Part shown: piece after piece, positions 36,101-47,323 of the stretch
How the letters are laid out: every line of letters begins with the position of its first letter
Numbering within the stretch: the stretch's first letter is position 1
Assembly: GCF_011386835.1 (NCBI RefSeq)
Contig: NC_088797.1
Location: 30,194,001 to 30,258,000, forward strand
Reading direction: 5' to 3'
Source of the DNA: Chrysemys picta bellii
Taxonomy: Eukaryota
Length of the DNA: 64,000 bases
Translations under genes and position numbers: made by a program
Notes under the pieces: model-generated
What the model was told of the DNA's origin: nothing
The model's input: only the letters and a program-made list of their open reading frames with translations
Database searches by the model: none

Positions 36101-39100
36101 CTTCCTTTGCGTGGTCTGGGCCAAGCTGCCCGGGGGACTGTAGGCTGCCAGGCACTTGGCCACTTCCCTCTGCACCTGCTGCTGCTTGACCCGGCGCTGC
36201 TCTGCTCGCCTCTTCTCCTGCTTCTCCCGACGCTCCCACTCCAACAGCAACAGCCTGCACCAGGAGCAAAGGAGAAGGCTCAGCCAGGTGGCGTCTATAA
36301 AAATTGTTCCAACTCCCCTGGCTGGGGGGAACCTCTGGCTGGGATAGCAGAGGGCTGTGGGTCAGGATTGAGGGGCAGAGCTGGGGGCAGTGGGGGCTGG
36401 AAGCCAGGGCTGGGATAGCAGGGGGATCTAGGTAGGCAGGCCAGTTGTCTGCTTTTAGCTGGACAGTCCTGCCTTTCTAACATTAGTCCCCTATCTGGCA
36501 TGTTCTTCAAAATGGTGCCCCTCGTGTGGCACTGGCAGAGGCGGGCTCGTGCCATTACCAGTAGCACTGGAATGTTCGGTACTTGGGGAACGTGTGAGTG
36601 GCCACCCTAGCTCTAGGGTCAGGATTGAGGGTTACCAGCAGATCTAGGGAGGGGGGAACCTAGGGCCGGGATAGCAGAGGGGCTGCAGCAGAGCTGGGGG
36701 GAGGCCAGGGCTGGGATAGCTGGGGTGGGAATTGATTTAAGGGCACTGTCCATACCTGGTGGCCTCCTGCCGTTTGTCAGAGGCTCTGGTGGATGGCACT
36801 GAGGGCAGGGGGTCGAACTCTGAGCAGGACTGGGACCCGCAGTGGAAGCTCCAGAGCTGGCGCAGCTGTTGCTGCTCCCAGTCTCTGAGCTCGTCCTCAG
36901 GCTGGTGCTGAGAGCTGCTGGCCACGTGGAGGTGGAAGGGTTTGCAGATGGTCAGCTTGGCTGAGAGGGGGACACAGAAAGCATTAACGGAGGGTCCCAG
37001 AACCCCTCCCTCATCAGCTGCACTGCCCCACCCCAGAAACAGCTGCATCTCAGCACCAGGGAAAGGGTCTCTATAAACAGCTCCTGTGCCCCACCCCAGG
37101 GATTCCTGTATAAACAGCCCCACCTCAGAGGCAGCTCCACCTTAGCGCCAGGCAAGGGGTTCTGTATAAACGGCTTCTTTACCCTACCCCAAAAGCAATT
37201 GCATCCATCTCCTTGGCTCACCTCTCACTTTCCTCTTCTCCAGCTGCTCCTGGAACCTCTTGTGGAGTGTCTCAAAGTCGGGGATGGTTTGGTTGATGAT
37301 GGGCTGGAACCGGGTCTTGTCTTTGGGGGCCAGCCCCCTGCCCTTCCTTCTGTGCCCCCTGGGGCTTGGGTCCTGGGGCTCTGTGGCCAGGCACAGGGCC
37401 TCAGCTCTCAGCCTGGCCCGGAGCTGCTGGGCGGAGGTGATTGCCTCCCAGGCTGGGGAGGACACAGCCTCTTCCAGACTCAGCAGCTGCTGAGCCAGTT
37501 GGAGCCAGTGCCTCCGCTCTTCCTGGAGCTGGCGTTTGCGGGCCTCGCTCCGGGCCTCCATCTTCCAATACAGCGAGGAGAGGGTGCTGGGGGAGGGATG
37601 GGGGGCTTGCTTGATCCTGCCCCGCTCAGTGCTGCTGCGCCCCCGTAAGCTGCCAGCACGTTGGTCTACACGGCCCTGCAAATCTGTCACTGTTGGGCGG
37701 ACACTGTCACGGGGGGAGTTGTTGGGGGCTCTGCGGGGCTCCCCCTTCTTCCCCTTGTCCAGGGAAGGGGCTGGGAGGAGGGCACGACCGTTAAGCGAGA
37801 ATTCCTCCCACATCCACTGGAAGGGGAAGGAGGGGCGGGGACTGTGGGGCAAGGAATCAGGGGTGCAGGAGTGAGCTGGCTTGGAGAGAAGGGTGTCCTC
37901 AGTAACGTCTCTCTGCCTGGTGGTGGGAAGGAGAGGAGATGATGAGTGTCAGGTCAGAGCAACGGGGCCATCTAGTCTGGTAGCCTCCAGATCAGACCTA
38001 ATGGACTCATCTAGTCTAGTATCACCATCCCGCCCTGGCCATTCTAGACTGGACCAAAGGGTTCATCTACAGGGCATACCAAACCCCTGACCACATCTCC
38101 CTCTGAGCTGGCAACAGACTCCTAGCTGCCCCCCTCCCCACCGCTCTAACCCAGTAGAGCCCACTCCCCTCCCTTTGTCTGTTCAGACTTTGAGCTCTTT
38201 GGGATTGGGACTGTCTCTCACTGTGTGTCAGGGCAGTGCCCAGTGCAGTGGGGGCCCCGATATTGGTCAGGGTGTGTGCAGTGCCTGGCACAACTATGGC
38301 CCTGGTCTTGGGATCTGTGCAGCACCTGCCACTAAACAGGTGCTGATCTCAGTTGGCACATCCAGGTGCTACTAATATAATCTCCATGGAGCTGCAGCAA
38401 GGATGAGTTTGGCCCAATGGCCATAAGGATCCCATCCAACCTACTCACCTTCCTGCAGATGGTGCTGAGTCCTGGTCTCCGTCAGAGGTGTCACTCACAC
38501 ATGGCTCCTGCATCTTGCACTGTGGGGCCTGGCTGCCTCTTCTCCCTGAAGGGGGGCCTCTGGGTGATCCCTTCCTCTTCCCTTTCCTCATCAAGACCAC
38601 GATTCCGTCACCGGAATTGAAAACCTCCTCCTGAAACCGCAGAGCAGAGGCAAGAGGGACCCAGCTTTTCCCCAGGGAGACTGGCTGGCTCAGGGCAGCA
38701 GGGAATGGGACACGGGGCCTTTCCCCTCTAGGAGCAGGGCCGGCTCCAGGCACCAGCTTAACAAGCAAGTGCTTGGGGCGGCCAAGGGAGAGGGGCGGCA
38801 CGTGCGGCAATTAGGGGGCAGCAGGTCCCTCGCTCCCTCTAGGAGCGAAGGACCTACAGCCGAACTGCCGCCGCCGATCGCAGCTTTTTTTCCCCCCCCA
38901 ATTGCCGCCGCCGGTCGCAATTGCTATCGCGGCTTTTTTTTTTTTTTGCTTGGGGCGGCAGAAATGCTGGAGCCAGCCCTGTCTAGGAGATCCTGGCTCA
39001 AAGCTCCCTAGTCCACTAGCCCCCACTCCTCCCAAAGCTGGGAATAGAGTGTCCTGATGACCTGACTCCCTTGCTCCTTAGCCAGTGGTGTCGCTCTACA

Positions 39101-39470
39101 AACACCAACCCAGGATAGTGAGGGCGAGAGACATGCACCAATTAAGGAGACCCTACAAAAACTAACCCCAACCCAACAATTTTCCCCGAGTGTTTGCCCC
39201 TTGGGGGGAGTCCCCAACAGCAGGGAGATGAAGTTAGAGTTTGGGATGGTCTAAAATAGAGGTTGGGTTCCCCAAGAGTGGGGGAAGCCAGTATGCAGTG
39301 GGGGAGGGAGGTACAGGTGTTACCTCTTGGGGAAGAGAACCTGAGAGCAGCCCTAGTAGGTGCACCCTGCCTTTCTTCTGGTAGAGGGTGCCAGGTGCCC
39401 GGGCGCTGGGGTCCAGGGAGGGGCTGATGCAGGCGTTGGTGAACATGGAGCGGCGGTGGGCCCCCAGCAT
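24101..39470 (-). CDS. TSGA10IP: Testis-specific protein 10-interacting protein (FAM161C), about 527 aa: join(39324-39470,38449-38630,37222-37841,36756-36960,36087-36254,24633-24732,24101-24262)
   Basis: PRPSFPFQW, KRQEATR, QREVAKCLAAY, ERVESRPYLFERVMQ and NARLAVERRFSQVLAALG match recalled human TSGA10IP. All introns are GT-AG and in phase (1584 nt). The gene lies upstream of SART1 on the same strand, as in human. The start codon is less certain. Confidence 0.9.
24755..24974. mobile_element. Palindromic Penelope terminal-repeat insertion
   Basis: 89-bp inverted arms 24792-24880 and 24886-24974 with one mismatch; 12-bp TSD AGCACAGAGAGG at 24743-24754 and 24975-24986. Confidence 0.88.
24842..24882 (-). 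ncRNA. Minimal type I hammerhead ribozyme with canonical CUGAnGA core, sense in TSGA10IP pre-mRNA
   Basis: Minus strand GCAU-CUGAAGA-A-GUGAGG(UUCUUA)CCCAC-GAAA-GC-UU-AUGC. Confidence 0.72.
25437..25579 (+). mobile_element. Penelope terminal-repeat fragment with hammerhead core (stem I damaged)
   Basis: CCGAAGAAGTGGGTTGTAGCCCACGAAAGCTTATGC; 11-bp TSD TTTTTCACTTA. Confidence 0.8.
25660..26560. repeat. Degenerate GT-rich low-complexity tract
   Basis: Dominated by GTGT/GGTGTC; similar tracts at about 20340-20740 and 43280-43680. Confidence 0.8.
26145..26241 (+). mobile_element. Penelope terminal-repeat fragment starting at a hammerhead motif (26148-26187)
   Basis: GCATCCGAAGAAGTGGGCTGTAGTCCACGAAAGCTTATGC; 12-bp TSD TCAGTGTCTTTG. 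Confidence 0.82.
26776..26898. mobile_element. Small MITE with AGGGTGAC termini (PIF/Harbinger-like)
   Basis: AGGGTGACTAGA ... TCTGGTCACCCT inverted termini. Confidence 0.65.
26993..28671 (+). mobile_element. 5'-truncated CR1 LINE (decayed ORF2 RT plus 3' UTR)
   Basis: EKLNEFFASVFT, WISNWLKDRKQRV, GVPKGSVLGPVLFNIFIN, KFADD, RLGLFSLEKRRLRGD-like motifs; ends in TTCTTATGTTCT. Confidence 0.93.
28829..30617 (+). mobile_element. 5'-truncated, decayed RTE-clade LINE
   Basis: KWWRL, ELW.W, GFMPGR and FKYLG remnants of EN/RT-linker and RT regions; 3' GAA-like tail; many stops. Confidence 0.8.
30618..30815 (-). mobile_element. MIR/CORE-type SINE
   Basis: CCCCATTTTACAGATGGAGAAACTGAGGCACAGA core motif. 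Confidence 0.7.
31294..33046 (-). mobile_element. 5'-truncated, internally deleted CR1 LINE
   Basis: Minus-strand NYRPVSLTS, DLIYLDFSKAFDTVPH, WIRNCLKGRLQR, HLEYCVQFWSP; CR1 3' end at about 31295. Confidence 0.92.
33628..34470. mobile_element. Stack of nested Harbinger-type MITEs inside an LTR-like sequence (about 33500-34805)
   Basis: Repeated GGGC..GTCTACA(C/G)T / AGTGTAGAC...CC termini at about 33670, 33810, 34000, 34240 and 34460. Confidence 0.6.
38735..38981. mobile_element. CpG-rich hAT MITE (CAGGGCCGGCTC family)
   Basis: TIRs CAGGGCCGGCTCCAG / CTGGAGCCAGCCCTG; perfect TSD TCTAGGAG. Confidence 0.9.
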
Positions 39471-40254
39471 GGTCCCTACCTGACTGCCCCACCCCCAGCT
39501 GTTACTGCGGTGACTGACCTGGTTCCAGAACAAGGCAAGGGTGGGCGGTTCCAGAACTAGGCCCTGCCCCCTTCATATAGTCACCATAGCAACTGTGATG
39601 GGGAGGGGGGCAGATGTGGTACTTGTATGGACCCCAGCAGAGAGGGAGTGAGGGGAAGGGGTTTGGGAGTTCAGAGATCCCAGCTAAGAGGCAGGACTCC
39701 TGGGTTCTATGCCCAGCTCTGGGAGGAGAGTGGGGTCTGCGACTGCTGGGTTTCTTGCACCCTCCTGTGAAGTATCTCATGTCAGCCACTGTCCAAGACA
39801 GGATACCAGGGTAGAGGGACCTTGACTCTGATCCGGGTCAGTGGCCCCAGTGTTCTGGGAGAGACCCTGCTGTTAGATCCCCAAGGAGGGGAGAGCTTGG
39901 GAGGGACAGTAGAAGTCTCAGGGACATTGTGCAGCCCATGGACTGCGTGGGGAACGCCCATGTATTCAGAACAATGCCATGGCCCTTCCAACATATTGGA
40001 GAGTACCTGCCATGGGGAAGGAGGAGGAGGGGAGCAAGGTGTCTAGGGTCACAGGTGGCCCAGAGGGTGGGGCACTGTACTGAGACCCAGGATAGCTGGC
40101 TTCTATTCCTGGCTCTGCAAATGACTTTGGGAAAATCCCTTCCCCCACTGCGTGCCTTAGTTTCCCCTCCCACCCTTTCTCTAGTTTGGCTGTGAGCTCT
40201 TCAGAGCAGGGACTGTCACCATGCAGCTGTGCAGCACCCACAGTGATGGGGCCC

Positions 40255-40902
40255 TGTAATGGGGTGGACACCCGCTCCTGCCCTGAGAGGTTTGAAACAG
40301 CCCTGGGAGAAGGCTGGGGCAGGGTAGACTGGGCTGATTGGGGAAGTAGCTGCAGCTGGGCCATGCCCCAATCAGAGCCCAGCTGGCCCTATAAAGAGGC
40401 TGGGAGCCAGGCACTCAGCAGTTTCTCTCTGCAGTGAGCTAGAGACAGAGTACCTGAGTGGAGCAGGGCTGGGGAAAGGCTCAGCCTTTCTGAGCTGTGG
40501 CACTCCAGCCTGGAAAGCCCTAGGCTGTGGCCTAGCATAGGCCAACAGGTACTGGGGGTTGCAGAGGGCAGCCCAGGTGTAGGCCAAGGCAGCAGGTCCA
40601 AACCCTCCTTGCCTGTGATGAGTGGTTGATGCTGCAGTCTGCCCCAGGGAGTGGGGCTAGATGGTGACTGGCAGTAGCCTTATTCTGAGGGGAGGTGGGG
40701 TTAGGGGGTGGGGGTTCCCCTGGGAGGGGAGACCCAGTGTGTGTGGGGACTGCCGGGGGCAGCGGGGTCCTGGGAGGGACATGGGAGCCAGTAGGAGGAC
40801 AAGGTGGATCACTGGCCTGCAGAGGGTGCTATGAGCTGGACAGTACTAATTCCCTGGAGTAACCAGCAGGAGGCGCCCCAGGGGTGAGCCTGACCCCTTA
40901 CA
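40255..40902 (+). mobile_element. Solo LTR (probably Gypsy/ERV type)
   Basis: TGTAATGGGG...CCCCTTACA termini; 5-bp TSD GGCCC; TATAAA at 40390-40395. Confidence 0.82.
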
Positions 40903-43900
40903 GGCCCCCAATCTTGGTCATGGTCTGTGCAACAACCGGTATAACAGGAGTCCCTGATCTCAGTCAGGTTTTCTTCAGGATCCAGGGGGACCCCAGTCTT
41001 GCACCAAAATTCAGTCTGGGCCCTACTAGAATGCAAACAAATAACAAAAATGAGAGACAAGGACCTGGATTTTATTGTAGAACTTAAAGATGGTGCTGCC
41101 AGGAGCACAGTGCCCCTAGCACCACTGTGGGACATTGGGGGCCTGCCGTGAGGGGAGAGTTTCCCCCCTGCTGAGCTCCCCATCCCGCTTTCTGCAGCAC
41201 CATGCCCTTTGGTCACCTGGGGCATTGGGGACGGCACTGACTCACTAATCCCTGTAGGGACAGCTCCAGTCCTGGATGGCTCATTCCCAGCCATGCTCCC
41301 TATGATTATAGCCTTGTTTACATCCCTGCCTTGGAGCCCAGCCAGGCAGAGGGGGAGAAGGGATTCCTCTGCTCTGCATGCCTTCCTCTGATTCCTAGAA
41401 CTTCCTGTCTCTTGGCAGGACAGGGGGTTCATGACCCATCCCATCCCTTGGTGCCCAGCTGCAGAATTTGAGGGGAAGATATGGTGGGGAGCAGGGCATG
41501 GCCTCCCCTAAATTCACCCCTGTTTCTTGCACTCTATGGGTCATTTAAATGTGGTTTGGGGCTCTGCATTTTCCTGGATCTGGGTTGGGAGTGTGAACTG
41601 TGTGTGGAGGGGGGAATCCATCTGGGCCAGAGGAGGGGGACACAACTTAGGCTGGGGGAAGGGACCAGGGCTGGAGATGGACCTGGAGGTCTGAGGCTGG
41701 GTTATTGTGAGTCTAGGTGGGGTTCTGGGTTGGGAAAGGCCTAGGCCGGGCAGGGGGAAATTGGGGGAGTTAGGCTGGAGGGGGAGTAGAACCTAGGCTC
41801 TGGGAGAAAAAGGCTGAGCAGGTCGGGTGTAGGGAATTCTCTCTGTCTCTCTCCAGCTGCAAAACATGCTACAACAACAAACAGCTGAGCAGAGCCCCTC
41901 CCCTCCCCTTGAACTGGCCTGGCAGGAGCCCAGGGCTGGGACTGGCCTCATTAATAACCCCAGACAGCTCCTGTTCCAGCAGCAACAACAACTGGGGGAG
42001 GCTTCTGCCAGGAGCACACACGGTCTGTGGGATAAACAGGGTTGGAGGAGAGGCAATAGATTTAGGTGGAGAGAGGGTCAGTGGAGAAGACTGGGGCCTG
42101 GTGAGGGGAAGGCTGGGGATTGATTGGAGTACTGGTGGGTGAAGAGGGACATGGGGGCCAATGGGGCTGGAGGGGTAATGGGGGCTAGACACTGTAGGCT
42201 TGGGGGACTGATGGGGGTGCTATCAGCAAGGGCTGCCAGGGATGACGGGAGACACCAGAGGCTGGGTGAGCGGAGATACTGGGAGTGGAACAGTGGAGAT
42301 CACTGGTGGCTGGGATGGGCAGTAGGGGTCACTGAGGGCTGGATGTATGGGGGAACTGGGGATCAGTGGACACTGGGGTATTCTGGAGCTGGGCAGTAGA
42401 AGCTGGAGCGCTGGGAATAAGGGGAGTGTGGGTGTGTGTGTAGCTGAACAGACTCTAGTCATTCAGGCTGAAACCCCCAGGTTAGGGCAGGACCCATAAG
42501 AGTCTCCCATAACCCCAAGCTGAGGGTTCTGCAGCCCTGACTCCCTGAGGAAATGCAGTGTGTCAGGGGGATGTATCCCCTTCACTTTGTCTAAGCAGGG
42601 CAGCTCCTCTCGGGGCTGAGATCAGCAGAGCTGGGGCTTCCATGGAGCCTGCTTCTTCTGCCCCAGCCCAGAGACCCACGCAGGGAAGGTGCCCCCTCAG
42701 CACTGCCTGTGGCCCCCAGGCCTGGCCCCTTAGGAAATGACACCCAATCCTGATGCTGCCCCACAGTGCAACCGTGGCACCAGTTGGCGTGGGGGTGCCC
42801 CTTTCTCAGTCATCGCAGGCCCAGGGGCAAGCATTAAGATGCCGAAACAAAGATGACTGCCAGGCAAGGGGTGATGGCTGTCGGGGTGATAACACAGAGA
42901 TGACTGCCAAGAGGTGGCACAATGATGGCTGCCAGGGAGGATGAGGGCTGCTGATAGGGGAGACACAAAGATGGCTGCCTGACAGGATGCAATGGCTATT
43001 GGGGGGTGGGTGGAAACACAAAAATGGCTGCCAATGCGAGAGTGGTACAAAGAGGCTGCTGGCAGCCATTTTGTGTAATTCTCCCAAGATGGCTGAACTG
43101 GAATCCCAGGACTCTGCTAGGGCCCAGACTTTCCCTAGGGCTGTGAATTCTTCTCCCATTCCTGGCGCCACCCTGACTGGCTGGCAACATGGGGCAAGAA
43201 GCATGTGGGATCCATCTGTGGCTCTGGAGCAGCATCTTGGCGCCTGCTGTTTTCCTCCCTGTCCCTCCCACGCCCTCGGCTTTAGGAGGATTCAAGCCCC
43301 AGCATGACAATGTGGGAGCCTTCCCCAGGTTTTGACTGTGTGTGTGTTGGGGCGGGAGGGGAGAACTGGAGGTGTATGCACATGGCAGGACAAGGGGCAT
43401 AGGTGGGGGGGGGGGGTAGGAGAGATGGGCGGCAAGGGGTAAGTATGTGTGTACAGCCTGGAGGAGGCCAGGGGTGTACACAGAGTGGCAGGATCAAGGG
43501 TGTGTGTGCAGTGTGGGAGATGTTGGAGGGCACATACAGCATGGGGGAAGCCAGGTAGCACATAGTGTGGCAGAAAAAGGGGTCCCACAGAGTGGGTTGA
43601 GGCCAGGGGGCACAAAGTGTGGGGTAAACGAGGGGGTATATACGCAGTGTATGGAGACTGAGGGGTGCTGAGAGAGGCAGGGGGCTGGTCAGGTCAGGGG
43701 GATTGCCCATGGAAGGAGGTGGATGAATTGGTCTCTGGTTACAGCTTGTGTGACTGGCACTTGTTTACAGCCCTTGCCTGGCTGTAGGCCATCTTTGGTG
43801 GGTGTGGCTCCTGGTCTGTTCTGCTGAGTCAGGTATTGCTGCTTACTGTGGCAAAGCTGGAGCTCCAGGTGTGTGGGGATCAGCACCTCAGCTCTGGCAC

Positions 43901-45479
43901 TAGGGCTCAAACCTCCCCCTATCCCTGTTCCACACCTCTGGGGCAAATTCAGTGCTAGAGTGGGGGGTAGTTCGGTGCCAGCTGCCATATACAGAGGCCT
44001 CTGGGTGCCCAGCACAGAGTAGTGGCCCCACTAAAACCCCTGCCCCTTTCTATGGGGAGACAGGGGCACTCTGTCTTCATGGTCAGATCAGCCCCGGAAG
44101 CCCTGCCCATTAGTGCCATTCAGATGCAACTGACAACTAGACTCCATGTAGAGGGTGGGGGGTGTTCCAGGACCAGGAGGCAGTTGGGAGTGTTTACTGG
44201 TGGGTGGGAAGCCCACAGGTAAGAGCAGATCTGTATATAACCTTTTGTGGTGTTAGCTGGGTGGGGGTAGGATTAGCTGGGGGGGCACTGGGAGGTTAGC
44301 GGGGAGCACTAGGGGTCACTGGCTCCTGGGAGGTTACTTGGGGAGGAGGCTTGATTAGCCTGGGGGAGGAATAAAGGAGTGCATCTCCCCCAGATTGCCT
44401 TCCCCACCCCCACCCCTTAGCCAGGGTTGGGGTGGGGGAGTTGGTCACATATTCTCAACAGCACACGATGGGGCCATTCAGAGCTTGAGGCTTCCCAGGA
44501 GGGTCAGAAAACAAGAGGAGCTGCTGCAGCCCCTTCAAGAAGCCCATAGGGCCCTCTCTGCTATGTGTAGGGAGCCGGCTCAGTTGTGTGGGGCTGGGGC
44601 CGCGGCAGGGGTTTCCCATCATGTGACAGAACTGAAACAGGGAACAATCAAGTGTTTCTTGTGATTGCCAGGGCCGGAGGGAAGGGGTTGGATTTCCAGC
44701 CTTTGATTGTGGCTCCCCCCCACCGTGTTCCCAGACTCTGATCCCAGTCCCCACCACTTCCTAGCCTTTGATCTATCCTTCCCCCTTAGGGTTCCCAACT
44801 GTGATCCCTCCCCTGCTCCTCGGGTTCCTGGCCTTTGATGTATAGGGTTCCCAGACACTGATCTCTGTCCCCTTCCCATCCCTGTGAGACAGGGTTCTTT
44901 CTCAGCAAGAAGGCTTGGCTCCAAGGGACAGACTGAGTCAAGAGTAGATATGGAAAGCGAGGCACACTGAAGGAAAAGGACTTGTCCAGCCACATACAGT
45001 GAGTCAGTGTAGCTGGGATTTGACCCCGCAGAATCCTGCCTCCACTCCCCTGCTCTAACCACTAGATACCACTCCTGCCAGAGTTGTGGATAGAATGCTG
45101 GTGGTAAAGTGGTGTCCTGACACCCAGCCCCCCAGCTTTAACCATCAGACACCCCCATGAGCCTGTTCTCTTCAAGCCAAGTTACACACACCCCCATATG
45201 GAGCTATCCAGGCCCGATCTTTCTGTTTATCCCCAGTTGGAAACTTTTCCATTCTCATCTCACCCCCAAACTTTCCATGAAGTGGCAACCTCTCGTTGTC
45301 ATCTCCTCTGAAATCCAGGGCCTTGTAGCAGGTACAGACCCCTCACCCCTTGGGGCACTGCTCTCTCCACAGCCCTCAATTGCCCATAGTCCCTCTTCCC
45401 CCAGCTCTGCAACAAGCAGGATCCTCTCCATTTCTCCAAGCCCTAGATCACGGTAACACGGAGTAATTAACTGTCTCCA

Positions 45480-45730
45480 CCTTAAGGCGGGCGGGGGGCG
45501 GATCTGGGAGGCGGAGTCGGAGGCGGGTCGGGATATATCAGTGCCGGCTGAGGCGGAGCGCCAGTCTCACAGTCAGAGGAATCAATCGGGGTTGCTAGGT
45601 ATGATCCGACGCAGTGTGCCGGGCGCGTGGGAACGGCGTGATCTAGCGCCGCGCCCTAGGCGCATGGGCTGGGTACCTACCAGCGCGCACAGGGCTGTGG
45701 GGAGGCGGCGAGCAGGGGGGCACGAGGTGA
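45480..45730 (+). promoter_or_regulatory. SLC3A2 CpG promoter with GC boxes and a probable non-coding exon (donor 45599, acceptor 45939)
   Basis: Tandem GGGCGG/GAGGCGG boxes, high CpG density, AG|GTATGA donor. Confidence 0.7.
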
Positions 45731-45975
45731 GAAGGCAGCATGGCTGCGGCTGAATCCCGCGACTGGCCTAGGAAAGGGGGCTCAGGCTGGGGAGGGGGGA
45801 GTCTCTGTCCTCGGCGGAGAAATTTCTCTGCCTGCTGGGAGGGCTGTGTGCCAAGGTCAGGGGAGCTTGGCTCAGGGGCCGGGTGGTGGAGAGTGCTCTG
45901 CCCGGGGCACATGGCTCTGCCTCTCTCCCCTCACCGCAGGCCCTAGCGATACCCGGTGGTATCTAGCCAGGCATT

Positions 45976-47285
45976 ATGAGCCAGGACGCAGAGGTGGACA
46001 TGAAGGAGGTGGAGTTGAACGAGATGGAGCCAGAGAAGCAGCCCATGACGGGCTCCCCCTCCTCGGGATCCCCGGGCACCCTGGGCGAGAAGAACGGGAT
46101 GGTGAAGGTGAAGGTGCCCGAGGAGGATGGCGAGGCGGATGCTGGCACCAAGTTCACGGGGCTGTCCAAGGAGGAGCTGCTGCAAGTAGCGGGCACTCCA
46201 GCGTGGGTGCGCACCCGCTGGGCCCTGCTCATCCTCTTCTGGCTGGGTTGGCTGGGCATGCTGGCGGGGGCCATCGTCATCATCATCCAGGCTCCCCGCT
46301 GCAAGGAGCTGCCTCCCCAGGAGTGGTGGCACAAGGGGGGCATTTACCGCATCCAGGCACTGGAGGCCTTCCAGGACTCGGATGCCGATGGAGTCGGGGA
46401 CTTAGCAGGTGAGTCCTGATTTTCCCCCCTCCCCCCCCCCCAACCCACTAGACCTCACTCCCCTTTAAGCTGGGGATAGAACCGAGGAGTCCTAACCACC
46501 CCCCACCCCCATAACCCAGTAGATCCCACTTCCTTCCCAGAGCTGGGGATTAAACCAGGAGGGGGTTGGGATGGGATGACCCTGGTGTGCGGGGAGAAGA
46601 GGTGTTATGGGTGGGAAAGGAGAGAGGTTTGGGGTAGCGGGAGGTAGCTGCTGGGGGGGTGGCAGGAACTCCGGGTGAACATTGGGATTTGGTTGCCTTC
46701 TTGGCACAAACTGGAGCCCAGGTGCTCCTGGGGTGACCCCCCCCCTTCCCCCAGTTCTCCTTATCTGGGGGGGCTTATGGAGGTGGGAACGCTTCCCCCC
46801 ACCCACCCCCATTTCCCATACAATCTGTCCCCCACGTGCTCCTTGCGCAAGCAGGTGACTGGCAGCCGGCGGCTGGCTGTCTGCCGCGCCTGGGAGGGCT
46901 GAGGGTGGGTTGGAGTTGCTCCCAGCCGGTTCTAGCCGGTTGGCAGCAGCAACCAGTAGGCTTTGTTTCATCAGCTTTGACGTCAGCCCAGCCTGAGCTG
47001 ACTCAGCTGTTCGGGGGGGGGGGGGGGGGAAGCTGGGGTTAAGGTCCCATGCAATCTGGGGGCAGGGGAAGAGGGGAAGGGAGCTGGGGTTAAAAATCCA
47101 GTGGGCGTGGGGGGGAAGGGAGCTGGGGTTAAGGTCCCATACAATCTGGGGGCGGGGGAAGAGGGGAAGGGAGCTGGGGTTAAGGTCCCATACAATCTGG
47201 GGGCGGGGGAAGAGGGGATGGGAGCTGGGGTTAAGGTCCCATGGGCTTGGGGGGAGGGAGCTGGGGTTAGAGATCCTGTGGACTG

Positions 47286-47323
<38 letters not shown>

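Noticed and set aside
41065-41251. Possible extra TSGA10IP exon within ORF 40809-41444
   Set aside because: Weak donor, no similarity to TSGA10IP, and the 39470 exon already accounts for the N-terminus in phase.
39600-45480. Expected SNHG1 snoRNA-host cluster head-to-head with SLC3A2, as in human
   Set aside because: No series of C/D box motifs was found on the minus strand; the upstream neighbour here is TSGA10IP.
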